A DNA stretch of 64,000 bases from an uncultured delta proteobacterium (GTDB lineage Bacteria > Desulfobacterota > Desulfobaccia > Desulfobaccales > 0-14-0-80-60-11), in assembly GCA_963705115.1 (NCBI GenBank), contig CAVPIX010000016.1:579051-643050 (forward strand), read 5' to 3'. Below the pieces are notes generated by a model, which worked only from the letters and a program-made list of their open reading frames with translations, was not told the DNA's origin and ran no database searches. Position numbers and translations under genes: made by a program. This document shows positions 38,585-48,053 of the stretch, one piece after another; position 1 is the first letter of the stretch; the number at the start of each line of letters is the position of its first letter.

Positions 38585-39043
38585 ATGCAGAATATTGCCT
38601 TCACGGCCCTGGTGCACGGCGTCTATGTGATCACCACCCGCCTGGGGGAACGCCTAAACGGCATGACCGCCGCCTGGGTGTCCCAGGTGTCCCTGAGCCC
38701 GCTTCTCCTCATGGCCTCCATTGCCCCGCCCCGCTATTCACATGATCTCATCAAGGAGAGCAAGGTTTTCGCGGTCAACGTCCTGGCAGCAGACCAGATT
38801 GACCTGGGGAAGCGCTTCGGTTTTGCCAGCGGCCGCCGGGTGGATAAGTTCGCCGGGCTGGAATACCTTACGGCGGCCACCGGCTCACCCATCCTGCCCG
38901 AAGCCTACGCGTATTTCGACCTGAAGCTGGTGGACACCTTTCCCGCCGGGGACCATAGCCTGTTCGTGGGGGAGGTCCTGGATGCCAAAATCCTCCAACC
39001 CGAAAAGCAGCCGCTGATTTTTTCTAAAAAAGATTTCTTCTAG
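38585..39043 (+). CDS. flavin reductase-like (FMN-binding split-barrel) protein
   Basis: 152 aa; ...VYVITTRLGERLNGMTAAWVSQVSLSPLLLMASI...; GGGAGG RBS 8 nt before ATG 38585. Confidence 0.8.
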   Translation: MQNIAFTALVHGVYVITTRLGERLNGMTAAWVSQVSLSPLLLMASIAPPRYSHDLIKESKVFAVNVLAADQIDLGKRFGFASGRRVDKFAGLEYLTAATGSPILPEAYAYFDLKLVDTFPAGDHSLFVGEVLDAKILQPEKQPLIFSKKDFF

Positions 39044-39167
39044 AAAAAGAATTGGCAATTTGTGAAAATTGTTTTATGTTGGTTAGACATTCACCAAAAT
39101 AAAATCTAACCTTGGGGTAAACCTGAGGAGATGGTTCCCGGGTTACCACCTCAAGAACGGGCTCCAC

Positions 39168-39356
39168 ATGAATTTTGATGAAGTTGGGGTAATCTGCCTT
39201 AACCGCGAGATCAGGGAAGAATGTCAGAATTGCCTGTGGTGGGAGTGGGACTCGCATAACCAGTGCTGTTGCAATTACAGCAGTCCCATTTGCTCCTTAT
39301 CCCGGGGCCAGTTTTTTTGGCGCTCCCCTCAATCTTCTCCGCCAGCCGTAGCTTGA
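39168..39356 (+). CDS. possible small Cys/Trp-containing protein (62 aa)
   Basis: MNFDEVGVICLNREIREECQNCLWWEWDSHNQCCCNYSSPIC...; shares a CxxCxWW...C pattern with 38212..38460. The 3' end overlaps nfi by 28 nt. Weak. Confidence 0.25.
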   Translation: MNFDEVGVICLNREIREECQNCLWWEWDSHNQCCCNYSSPICSLSRGQFFWRSPQSSPPAVA

Positions 39357-40012
39357 AACTCCCGCCGTCTCTGCCGACTCAAGCGGTCGGCCCGGCGTAG
39401 GGGTTCAGGCATCCGGTATTTTCCGGCGCAGCCCAGGACTATCTCCCGGCAGTCCGCCAGGCTCACCCGATTCCCCGGGGAGACAAAAAGGGGCTTGACC
39501 CCCGTGCGGCTGCGGAGAATCCAGCCTACCACCTGCCCCTCCCAGTACAAGGGGGCGGCCGACCCGGCCTCTGCTTCAGGCTCTTCTCCTTCTCCCACCA
39601 ATCTGCTTTTGGCTACGCCAATGACGGGGACATTCAAGAGCAAGCCCAGATGTGCGCCAAGGCCCAGACCCCGGGGATGAGCGATGCCCTGGCCGTCCAC
39701 CAAAAGGACATCCGGCCGCCGGGTGAGCTTTTTCCAAAGCTCCACAATAATGGGAGCCTCCCGAAAGCTCAAGAGCCCCGGTATGTAGGGAAAGGGGCAG
39801 GGGCCTTCCAGAACGGCCTCCTCCACCAGGGTGAGATCCGGATAGGTGACCACCACCAACGCCCCAAAAACGCGCTTTTCCGCCCGATCATAGGAGGCAT
39901 CCGCGCCTCCCACCAATTTTGGGGGCCGGGGCAAGGGCGTTAGCATCACCTCTCCCTGCCTGGCCTCCTGCCAGGCCACGGCCTCGTGATAGTCTTTGGG
40001 GTAAGTAAGCAT
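39329..40012 (-). CDS. nfi: endonuclease V (deoxyinosine 3' endonuclease)
   Basis: 227 aa; VGGADASY..., LLVDGQGIAHPRGLGLGAHLGLLLNVPVIGVAKS. Confidence 0.9.
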   Translation of the reverse strand: MLTYPKDYHEAVAWQEARQGEVMLTPLPRPPKLVGGADASYDRAEKRVFGALVVVTYPDLTLVEEAVLEGPCPFPYIPGLLSFREAPIIVELWKKLTRRPDVLLVDGQGIAHPRGLGLGAHLGLLLNVPVIGVAKSRLVGEGEEPEAEAGSAAPLYWEGQVVGWILRSRTGVKPLFVSPGNRVSLADCREIVLGCAGKYRMPEPLRRADRLSRQRRREFQATAGGED

Positions 40013-40233
40013 TGATAATTGATAAGGGATTTATGAGGGGAGGGCTGGGGGAGCGGCGGCTCCCCCACCCTCCCCTCATACTCCCCTCCCAACCCCCTAT
40101 TAGTAGGCCGGGAGAGTCGGGGAAATCTCCCCGACACCCCGGCAAATTTTAAGCTAATCAAAGGGTTGGGGGAGAGGGCTTGGGAGAGGGGGCAGGGACC
40201 CTCTGGTCCCTGGCCCCCTCTCCCAAAATCTTT

Positions 40234-41436
40234 TCAATTTCTCACCAACTCAGCACTATACAGGAAGGCGCCGTCCCGTTTGGTGAAATGACCCCCGTGG
40301 TTCTCAATAATCCAGCCGCTGGCGCCCTTGCCGCCGAAGGGCAGGCGCAGGGGGGTGAACAGAAATTCCGGGTTATCGTAGGTCATGCCGAAGGTGTCCA
40401 CGAGGGTCTCTTTGGCTCCCAAAGGCGGGGTCCCGAACCAGGCCACCAGGAAAGGGTAGCGGCTTTGCTGCACGCGGTCCACGGCTTCGGTGTCACTTCT
40501 TACCGGCACCAGGGCCAGAAATGGCCCGAAGAGCTCCAGGTCAGGGGGGTCGGCCACCTCCATGAGGAAGGGCCCCTGCCACTCCCCTTCCCGGCGGTGG
40601 GGCCAGAGGAAATGGGGCTGGGTGAGGGCCGCCAGAGCCCGGTCCAACAGCACCCGGGTGCGCGCCACTTTAAGGGGGCCGATCCAGATGGCGGGGTCAG
40701 AGGGATCCCCCACCTTGAATTCCGGCATCATTGCCAAAATGAGTTTTTTGGCTTCCTGGTAAATGTCCTGATGGATATACAGCCGTTTGATGGTGGTGCA
40801 GTATTGGCCGCCGTTCAGGAAAGCCCGGCGCCCCACGAAATGCACCGCTTGTTTTAGGGGGGCGTTCCGGAAAAGGATGGCCGGGGGCAGGCCGCTGGGC
40901 CCCGCAAAGAACACCTTGTCAAAATGCGCGGCCTCGGCCTCATAGATTGCTCCCACCTCGCCGCCGCCGGAAATGAACAAAACCCTGACCGCCGGGTCAA
41001 GGACGGCCCGGCGGCCGAAATCTTTGTTGCTCATGCCGGTGATGAGCTCAATATCCGGAAAAGGAGCCACCACCTCCCCCATGACCGCGGCGGTACGGGG
41101 CGTTTGGGACGAGCAACTAAAGCGGAAGCGGTTGCCCCCGAGGATGGCCGCGCCTCCCACCCGGGCCAGCATCACCGGGGCGGCGTCATAGGGGAAGATG
41201 GCGGCTACCGTGCCGTAGGGGGCCTGGCCCTGCACCTGGGGAATTTCCTCCTCCATGGACAGGAGGTGCTGCACCGCCAGGTCCACTTCCATACCGGCGA
41301 CGGTGCAGGGGGCGCCCGTGTCTTCGCCGGCGGCCTCGACTAGCGTCCGGCGGTGGTCTGCCAGCCGGTCTCCCAGACGGCGCAGGGATTCGAGTCTTTC
41401 CACCGGTTCATCAAGTGTGGCGCGCATTGGCAACAT
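40234..41436 (-). CDS. aldehyde dehydrogenase family protein (short form); start uncertain (41427, 41436 or 41496)
   Basis: Catalytic-Cys context FLNGGQYCTTIKRLYIH, ALDH-like Rossmann pattern. Divergent from the HdrD-like gene. Confidence 0.75.
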   Translation of the reverse strand: MLPMRATLDEPVERLESLRRLGDRLADHRRTLVEAAGEDTGAPCTVAGMEVDLAVQHLLSMEEEIPQVQGQAPYGTVAAIFPYDAAPVMLARVGGAAILGGNRFRFSCSSQTPRTAAVMGEVVAPFPDIELITGMSNKDFGRRAVLDPAVRVLFISGGGEVGAIYEAEAAHFDKVFFAGPSGLPPAILFRNAPLKQAVHFVGRRAFLNGGQYCTTIKRLYIHQDIYQEAKKLILAMMPEFKVGDPSDPAIWIGPLKVARTRVLLDRALAALTQPHFLWPHRREGEWQGPFLMEVADPPDLELFGPFLALVPVRSDTEAVDRVQQSRYPFLVAWFGTPPLGAKETLVDTFGMTYDNPEFLFTPLRLPFGGKGASGWIIENHGGHFTKRDGAFLYSAELVRN

Positions 41437-41734
41437 GCCCCCCCATATTGCCAAATAATACCAGAATGTAAGGGGAATGCGCTGAAGATCCATCATCTCT
41501 GTGATAACTAATCATCGTGGTGGCCTTCATGTGAAAAAAAGCATTTTCCATTTGACATGGCTAGTGGTGGTTATATAATCTTTGGGGTAGGAAATTTTCT
41601 TGTTTTCTGGTAGAAATTTCTTATAAAGGCAATTATGTAAAGATGTAGGAAAATCGGCCACCTGGCGGCCGGACTGATAGGAATGACACCATTTTTTGGG
41701 AATTAAGCCCAAAACCGAATCAGGTGGAGGAACT

Positions 41735-43099
41735 ATGGCAGAAGAAGTAAAAGAAATCAAAGTCAGCCGAAAGGACCGCAAAATAGGCGGCATCGCCCCT
41801 GAACTGGCGGATCGCTGTTATACCTGCGGAACCTGCTCCGGCGGCTGCCCGGCCACAGGTCTGCTGCCCATTGAAGGCGGCGCCGGCACCTGGGACCCCC
41901 GCAAGGCCATCCGGGCTATTGTCTTCGGCATGGAGCAGGAAGTCATCGACTCCAAATGGCCCTGGGTATGCACCGGCTGCGGCCGTTGTCAGTACCAGTG
42001 CCCCATGGGCATTCAGCTCATGCGCACCTTCCGGGCCTGCCGCACCCACCGGAACCGGGACAAGGTCCCCGGCCCCATCCACAAGGGCACCATGATGAAC
42101 CTGGAGCGGGGCAACAACCTGGGCATCCCCAAGGACGACTTCCTTTTCCTGTTGGCCGAGTTGGGCAAGGAGATGGAAGAGGAATGCTGCCCCGGCTTCT
42201 ATGTGCCGGTGGACAAGGAAGGGGCCAACGTCATCATCACCATCAACTCCAAGGAACCCTTCGGCGAACCGGACGACATGAAGTTCTGGTGGAAAATTTT
42301 CTACGCCGCCAAAGAGGACTGGACGGTATCCTCGGTAAACTGGGAAGGGGTCAACTGGGGGCTTTTTTCCGGCGACGACCCGGCCTGGAAGGAGCAAACG
42401 CACCGGGTCCTCGACAACGCCCGACGATTAAAATGCAAAACCCTTTTGCTCCCGGAATGAGGGCACGCATACTTTGCAACCCGGGCCGGGTTCAAAAATT
42501 GGTTTCCTGAAGCGTTTGAAGAATTCAAGGTGGTCAGTGTCCAGGAACTCCTGAAAGAGTACATTGAGGAGGGCCGGATCAAGCTCGATCCCTCCGTCAA
42601 CCATCACACCATTACGGTGCACGACCCCTGCAACTATGTGCGCAAGTCCCAGATAACCTTTGGCGACCACATGGGGGAACTCAACCGCTGGATCACCCAG
42701 CAGTGCGTCGATCCCTCCCTGTACCGGGAAATGTGCGACGATCCCCTGAACAACCACTGCTGCGGCGCCGGCGGCGGCGCCTGGGCCATGCCCTACGACA
42801 ACGAGCGCCTGGCTTACGGCAAAGTCAAGGTCGACCAGATTCGGGATACCGGGGCGCAGATCGTCATGGCCCCCTGCCACAACTGCCGGGACCAGATCAT
42901 GAAGGGTCTGGCCGGCGAGTTTAAAAAGGGCACGGAAGGCTTTGACATGGGCAACTACGAAGAAACCTTATATCTCTGGGAGCTGGTGGCCAACACCCTG
43001 GTGGTGGAGCCCTGGAGCGAGGAGGAGATCGAAGCCGCCCATGCGCTGCGGGACGCCCAGTTCGAGCGGGACGGCATCGAGCTCGAGGAAGAAGAATAA
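41735..43099 (+). CDS. HdrD/DsrK-like Fe-S CCG-domain oxidoreductase, read through in-frame TGA (42458-42460) as selenocysteine
   Basis: Track ORFs 41696..42460 and 42530..43099 share one frame; the 23 codons between them are open. Motifs: CYTCGTCSGGCP and CTGCGRCQYQCP (2x[4Fe-4S]), LLLPE-TGA-GHAYF, then CCG domain PCNYV...HCCGAGGG...PCHNCRDQ. GGTGGAGG RBS before ATG 41735. Confidence 0.75.
42473..42496 (+). promoter_or_regulatory. candidate bacterial SECIS hairpin for TGA 42458
   Basis: UUUG(C)AACCCG-GGC-CGGGUU-CAAA: about 10 bp with one bulged C, starting 12 nt after the UGA; apical loop 27-29 nt from the U of UGA. Confidence 0.5.
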
Positions 43100-43130
43100 C
43101 TTACCGGATTGTTTGAATAATCACGCCAAA

Positions 43131-43163
43131 GCCTGGTGGACTTGAGTTCACCAGGCTTTTTTT
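43131..43163 (+). terminator. rho-independent terminator candidate after the HdrD-like gene
   Basis: GCCTGGTG-GACTTGAGT-TCACCAGGC followed by TTTTTTT. Confidence 0.6.
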
Positions 43164-43636
43164 CTGCACTGGCCGTGCGCCTTTGTTTTATTACTAAGCT
43201 GCGTTAAAAAGTAATGGTGATAACCATCAGCATTTCCCACACAAATTCCCCTTAATCCCAGCAGTGTCCGGTAGGAATCTTTCAAGGGACGAATTTTCAA
43301 GCCCCCTCCCCACGGTGGAAGGGGGTTAGGGGGAGGGGGATTGAGCAGAAAACATGCTGAATTTGCAAAAGAAGTTGCCACCCCCACTTTAGCCCTCCCC
43401 CATCAACGGGGAGGGAGGTTCAGGCCAATGGATTCCCTATCCAAGGGCAATAAGCCAGCCCATGTCCAAATTGCTCTCACAATGAGAGAAAGCCTTGGTG
43501 GCACAGGCGTCCCGCCTGTGCTGACTCAGGCAAAAGCCTGCGCCTTTTTCTTTTGAGGTTTAACAATAAATGCCAAAAGCTTAAAGGGCACTAGGCGGGC
43601 AGGATGAATTGGGCATCACCTCGGACGCGAGTTCCC

Positions 43637-44756
43637 TCACCCAGATACATCCTCGCCGGGGTTCAGCAAATAGGCCTCCACGAAACCCTGGAGGTCGCCG
43701 TTCAGCACCCGGTCCACGTCCCCTTCTTCGTGTTTGGTGCGGTGGTCTTTCACCATGCGGTAGGGCTGGAGCACATAGGAGCGTATCTGGCTGCCCCAGG
43801 CGATGTCCTTCTGGGTCTCCTGGAGTTCCTGGCGCTTTTCATCCCGCTTGCGCCGTTCCAGATCATAGAGCCGGGCCCGCAGGACCTTCATGGCCAGTTC
43901 CCGGTTGCGGTGCTGGGAACGCTCGCTCTGGCTGATGACCACGATGTTGGTGGGCAGGTGGGTGAGGCGCACCGCGGAGCTGGTCTTATTGACGTGCTGG
44001 CCCCCGGGGCCGCTGGCCCGGAAGGTGTCCACCCGCAGGTCCTTGTCCTGGATTTCAATGCTTATGCGGTCGTCCACTTCCGGAAGCACCTGCACCGCGG
44101 CAAAGGAGGTGTGGCGACGGCCGCTGGCGTCAAAGGGAGAAATGCGCACCAGGCGATGAATGCCGTGTTCGCTCTTAAAATTGCCGTACGCGTATGGACC
44201 GCTGGCCGAAAAAGTGGCGGACTTTACCCCGGCCTCGTCCCCTTCCTGGAGGTCGATGGTTTCCGTCTTGAAGCCCTTGATTTCCGCGTAGCGCAGATAC
44301 ATGCGCAGGAGCATTTCGCACCAGTCCTGGGCCTCGGTGCCGCCGGCGCCGGCGTGAATGGTGATGATGGCGTTTCTCTGGTCGTCTTCGCTCCCCATGA
44401 GGAGCTGCAGCTGCCATTCCTTGAAGTCCCGGTCGAGGGTGGCCAGCCCCGCGGCCACCTCCTGCATGGACTGGAGGTCTTCCTCCTCCCGGGCCAACTC
44501 CAGGAGCACCTCCAGGTCCTCCACCTGGCGAGCCTGGCGGTCATAGCCCTCTAAGGCGTTGATGAGGCCGCTTCTCTCCCGCTGGACTTCAGCCGCAGCC
44601 TGGGGGTCTTCCCAAAACGCGGCCTCAGCCATGATCTTATCTATTTCAGCCAGGCGCGCCTGTTTTTTGTCCAGCTCAAAGAAAACTCCGCAGGGCCGCA
44701 AGGCGGTCCTGGTATTCAGCCAACTTGGACTTGTATTCTCCGTAGAATTCCAGCAT
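43637..44756 (-). CDS. prfB: peptide chain release factor 2, with programmed +1 frameshift
   Basis: Frame 0: ATG (44754-44756) MLEFYGEYKSKLAEYQDRLAALRSFL then TGA. The +1 frame continues ELDKKQARLAEIDK...SPFDASGRRHTSFAAV...GPGGQHVNKTSSAVR.... AAGGAG RBS upstream. Confidence 0.95.
44676..44681 (-). promoter_or_regulatory. RF2 autoregulatory +1 frameshift site CUU UGA G
   Basis: mRNA ...GCGGAGUUUUCUUUGAGCUG...: slippery CUU + UGA, with an internal SD-like GGAG 4 nt upstream, as in the classical prfB site. Confidence 0.9.
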
Positions 44757-45105
44757 ATTTTCTCCTTGCCTTTACCGTGAAAGTCCCTGGTAGGGGCGAC
44801 GCATGCGTCCCCCTGTAACAAATTTTTGTTTTCGGGGGGGGCGCCAATGCAGGGTGGGCACCGCCCACCAATAATGGCGGGCAGGGAGGCCCGCCCTACC
44901 GACCTTTCCATTATGTGATTCAACGGACCTTGGCCTGGCTCGTGAGCAAGACCGAAGTCTTAAATTCCCTTTGAGATATTGGAAACGAAATGCTGACGGG
45001 CAACAAGATGAGCTGGCGTCCTGGCGACCGTCGTCACCCGGGCGTCACAGGCCGGACCAGTTATGCAGAATGAGAATTGCTAAGGCGAACATATTGTTAA
45101 TGTTA

Positions 45106-45882
45106 TCAAGAAAAGCCCGGAAAAGAAATCCCTGCCAGCAATGAACCCAAAAGGACCGTGAGTCCCAGAACCAGGGTCTCCAGGATTTCATTTACCGCGC
45201 CGTAAACGTCGCCGGTAATGCCGCCGAGGCGCCGCCGGAAATACCGGCTGAAACCCAATACCGCCAGCCCCCCCAAAACCAGGCTGATCAGCCCTACGGC
45301 TCCTCCCGCCAAGAAAGCCAGGAAACCGCCGGCTATGGTCGCTCCCGCCACCAGTTGGGGGGTAGCGCCCTCGGTCATGGCCTGGCCCAAGCCACCGCCG
45401 GGCCGGGCATAAGGGGCCGATGAGGCCAGAAACACCAGGCTCCAGCGGCTCACCAGGGGAAAGAGCATGAGGCTGCGGGCCATGCCCCGGTCCAGGAGAA
45501 CCAGGATAAAAGAAAATTTCAGAAGGAGCACCAGCACCAGAACCACGGCCCCGAAGGCCCCCAGCCGGGAGTCCTTCATGATCGCCAGGCGGGCCTCCGG
45601 GGTGCGCCCGCCCCCCAAACCGTCCACGGTGTCGGCCAGGCCGTCCAGGTGCAGGCCCCGGGTGAGAATTACGGTGAGGGTCAGGAACAGCGCCGCCGCG
45701 GCAGGGGGAGGAAAGAGCCCGGCCAGACCGGCCCCCGCCCCCCAGTACCCCAAACCGAGGATGGCCCCCACCCAGGGGAACCAGTACAGGGACCGGGCCA
45801 GGTCCCCGGAGGTCACCTCACCCAGGCGGGGCCAGGGAAAGATGGTGAGGAAGGTGAGAGCTAAGGGGAAGGTGCATTTCAT
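45106..45882 (-). CDS. cobS: adenosylcobinamide-GDP ribazoletransferase (cobalamin synthase)
   Basis: 258 aa from ATG 45882; MKCTFPLALTFLTIFPWP..., ...HLDGLADTVDGLGG..., polytopic membrane protein. Confidence 0.9.
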   Translation of the reverse strand: MKCTFPLALTFLTIFPWPRLGEVTSGDLARSLYWFPWVGAILGLGYWGAGAGLAGLFPPPAAAALFLTLTVILTRGLHLDGLADTVDGLGGGRTPEARLAIMKDSRLGAFGAVVLVLVLLLKFSFILVLLDRGMARSLMLFPLVSRWSLVFLASSAPYARPGGGLGQAMTEGATPQLVAGATIAGGFLAFLAGGAVGLISLVLGGLAVLGFSRYFRRRLGGITGDVYGAVNEILETLVLGLTVLLGSLLAGISFPGFS

Positions 45883-46234
45883 GACAATTTCTCTGGTGGT
45901 CGGCCAGTGGCGTAGGGGCGGGTTTGAAACCCGCGCCTGCTGGTTCTCCTCCCTCATCCCACCCAGCCGCTTCGGCCGGTAGCACGGGAATCCTGCCCGT
46001 GCCTTGACGGGCTGGAAGCCCGTTCTACCGCGCTATACTAAGTTGCGATCATAAGAGTAAAGTTATAATTATTTGCTATACCTATCAAATCCCCCTAAAT
46101 CCCTCCCAAGTTGATTGTAGGGGCTTGTTTTATCAAGCCCTAAGGGCGCAATAACTTGCGCCCCTGCGGGGTTGGTAGAGGGGTTTTGGTGAGGGGGGGC
46201 AGGGGCTTGCGACCTCTGGCCCCCTCCCCTGTCT

Positions 46235-47296
46235 CTAATCCTTCTTCCCCGCCACGCCGGCCTCGGCGAAGGTGGCCATTTCCCGGTAAATGCGCCAGCC
46301 CGCCTCCAGGAGGCCCATGCCCAGGACGGCGCCGGTGCCCTCCCCCAGGCGCATGTTCAGATTAAACAAGGGTTTTAAGCCCAGGTGGTCCAGCATGATC
46401 TGGTGGCCGGGCTCCACCGAGCGGTGCGCGGCGATGAGGTAATCCGTCACGGCCGGGACCATCTGGGCGGCCACCAGGGCCCCGGCGGTGGCGATAAAGC
46501 CGTCCAGCACCAGGGGACGCCGGGCCGCGGCGGCTCCCAGGATGAGGCCGGCAATGCCGGCGATTTCCAGGCCGCCCACCCCGGCCAGGGCCCCCACGGG
46601 ATCATCTGGGGTGGCCTTGTTCAGGGCTATGGCCCGATTGATCACCGCCACTTTGTGGGGCACACAGGAAATGTCAATACCGGTGCCCCGGCCGGTGGTG
46701 GCCCCCGCCGGCCTGCCGGTGAACACCGTGGCCAGGGCCGCGGCCGCGGTGGTGTTGCCGATGCCCATGTCACCCGCGGCCAGGACATGCACGCCGTCCT
46801 CCACCGCGTCCTGGGCCCGCTCCACCCCCACCCACAGGGCCCGCAAGGCCTCTTCCCGGGTCATGGCGGGTTCCTGGGCCATGTTGCGGGTGCCGTAGGC
46901 CACCTTGCGGTAAACCAGGTTGAGGTTCGGTTCAAAGTCGTAATTGACCCCGATGTCCACCACCTCCACCCGGGCTCCGGCCTGCCTGGCCAGGACATTG
47001 ATGCCCGCGCCCCCCTGGATGAAATTGTAGACCATCTGGAAGGTGACCTCCTGGGGATAGGCGCTCACCTTTTCGGCCACCACCCCGTGGTCCCCGGCAA
47101 AGACCACCACCCTTTTGATATCCAGAGGCGGAAACATCTCCTCCCGGATGGCCACATATCTGGCGGCCAACTCCTCCAGCTTGCCCAGGCTGCCTGGGGG
47201 CTTGGTGAGGGAATCCAGGTGCTCCTGGGCCCGGGCGGTCCATTCGGGGTCCAGGGGCTTGATCTGCGAGGTGAGTTGGGCCAGTTCATATTCCAT
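46235..47296 (-). CDS. cobT: nicotinate-nucleotide--dimethylbenzimidazole phosphoribosyltransferase
   Basis: 353 aa; KPPGSLGKLEELA..., VFAGDHGV..., GDMGIGNTT..., MRLGEGTGA. Confidence 0.95.
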   Translation of the reverse strand: MEYELAQLTSQIKPLDPEWTARAQEHLDSLTKPPGSLGKLEELAARYVAIREEMFPPLDIKRVVVFAGDHGVVAEKVSAYPQEVTFQMVYNFIQGGAGINVLARQAGARVEVVDIGVNYDFEPNLNLVYRKVAYGTRNMAQEPAMTREEALRALWVGVERAQDAVEDGVHVLAAGDMGIGNTTAAAALATVFTGRPAGATTGRGTGIDISCVPHKVAVINRAIALNKATPDDPVGALAGVGGLEIAGIAGLILGAAAARRPLVLDGFIATAGALVAAQMVPAVTDYLIAAHRSVEPGHQIMLDHLGLKPLFNLNMRLGEGTGAVLGMGLLEAGWRIYREMATFAEAGVAGKKD

Positions 47297-47852
47297 GTTG
47301 TTCTCCCTTCCCAGGGGCTGCTTTGAGGGTCAAGGGGAGCCCCGCCACCAGGAGCACCACCAGATCAGCGGACGCAGCCAGAAGCTGGTGCAGCCAGCCG
47401 GCCCAGTCGCGAAACTCCCTGGCCAGGGGGTTTTCGGGGACGATGCCCCAGCCTACTTCATTGCTTACCAGAATCGTGGGCGCGGTGGCTTGCCCCACGG
47501 TGTCGGCCAGTTCCAGGATCACTTTCTTAAGAGCCGCAGCGTCCTGCCCCCGCAGGAGCCTGTTGGTGAGCCACAGGGTAAGGCAGTCCACCAGGATGAC
47601 CCCATAGCGCCCCTGGGCCTGGGCGATGGCTGCCGCCAGGTCCAGGGGGACTTCCTGGGTCTCCCAGCCCGCACCCCGGTCCCGGCGGTGCTGGGCGATG
47701 CGGGCCGCCATCTCCTCATCCCCGGCCTCGGCCGTGGCCAGATACAGGCGGGGCGGAGGAAAATGTTTCGCCAGTTCCAGAGAATAGCTGCTTTTACCGC
47801 TTCTGGCCCCCCCCAAGATAAGGGCTCGGCGGAAATGGGTCCCTGCACTCAA
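47286..47852 (-). CDS. cobU: bifunctional adenosylcobinamide kinase / adenosylcobinamide-phosphate guanylyltransferase
   Basis: 188 aa; P-loop LILGGARSGKSSYS. TTG start with GAGG 7 nt upstream; 3' end overlaps the cobT start. Confidence 0.9.
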   Translation of the reverse strand: MSAGTHFRRALILGGARSGKSSYSLELAKHFPPPRLYLATAEAGDEEMAARIAQHRRDRGAGWETQEVPLDLAAAIAQAQGRYGVILVDCLTLWLTNRLLRGQDAAALKKVILELADTVGQATAPTILVSNEVGWGIVPENPLAREFRDWAGWLHQLLAASADLVVLLVAGLPLTLKAAPGKGEQHGI

Positions 47853-48053
47853 GACAATACCTCAAGGTTCCTTTGCTGACCTGAGATTTGCGGTTGACCA
47901 CCCCAGGCAAATTTGGAATGATATCATAACAACTGGAAAAAGCTGCATGATAAATGTAACACCGGCTCACCTGACAGTCCAGGGAAATGCCGGGGACGGG
48001 GCCAGGAGACGTTCCCTCAATCCGCCCCTCAAAATCAACCCAAAGGGAGCCTC

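Noticed and set aside
44757-45105. Possible structured RNA or riboswitch between cobS and prfB
   Set aside because: The region contains only family-(f)-type GC hairpins plus non-repetitive sequence. It has no B12-box, T-box or other conserved riboswitch core that I can recognise.
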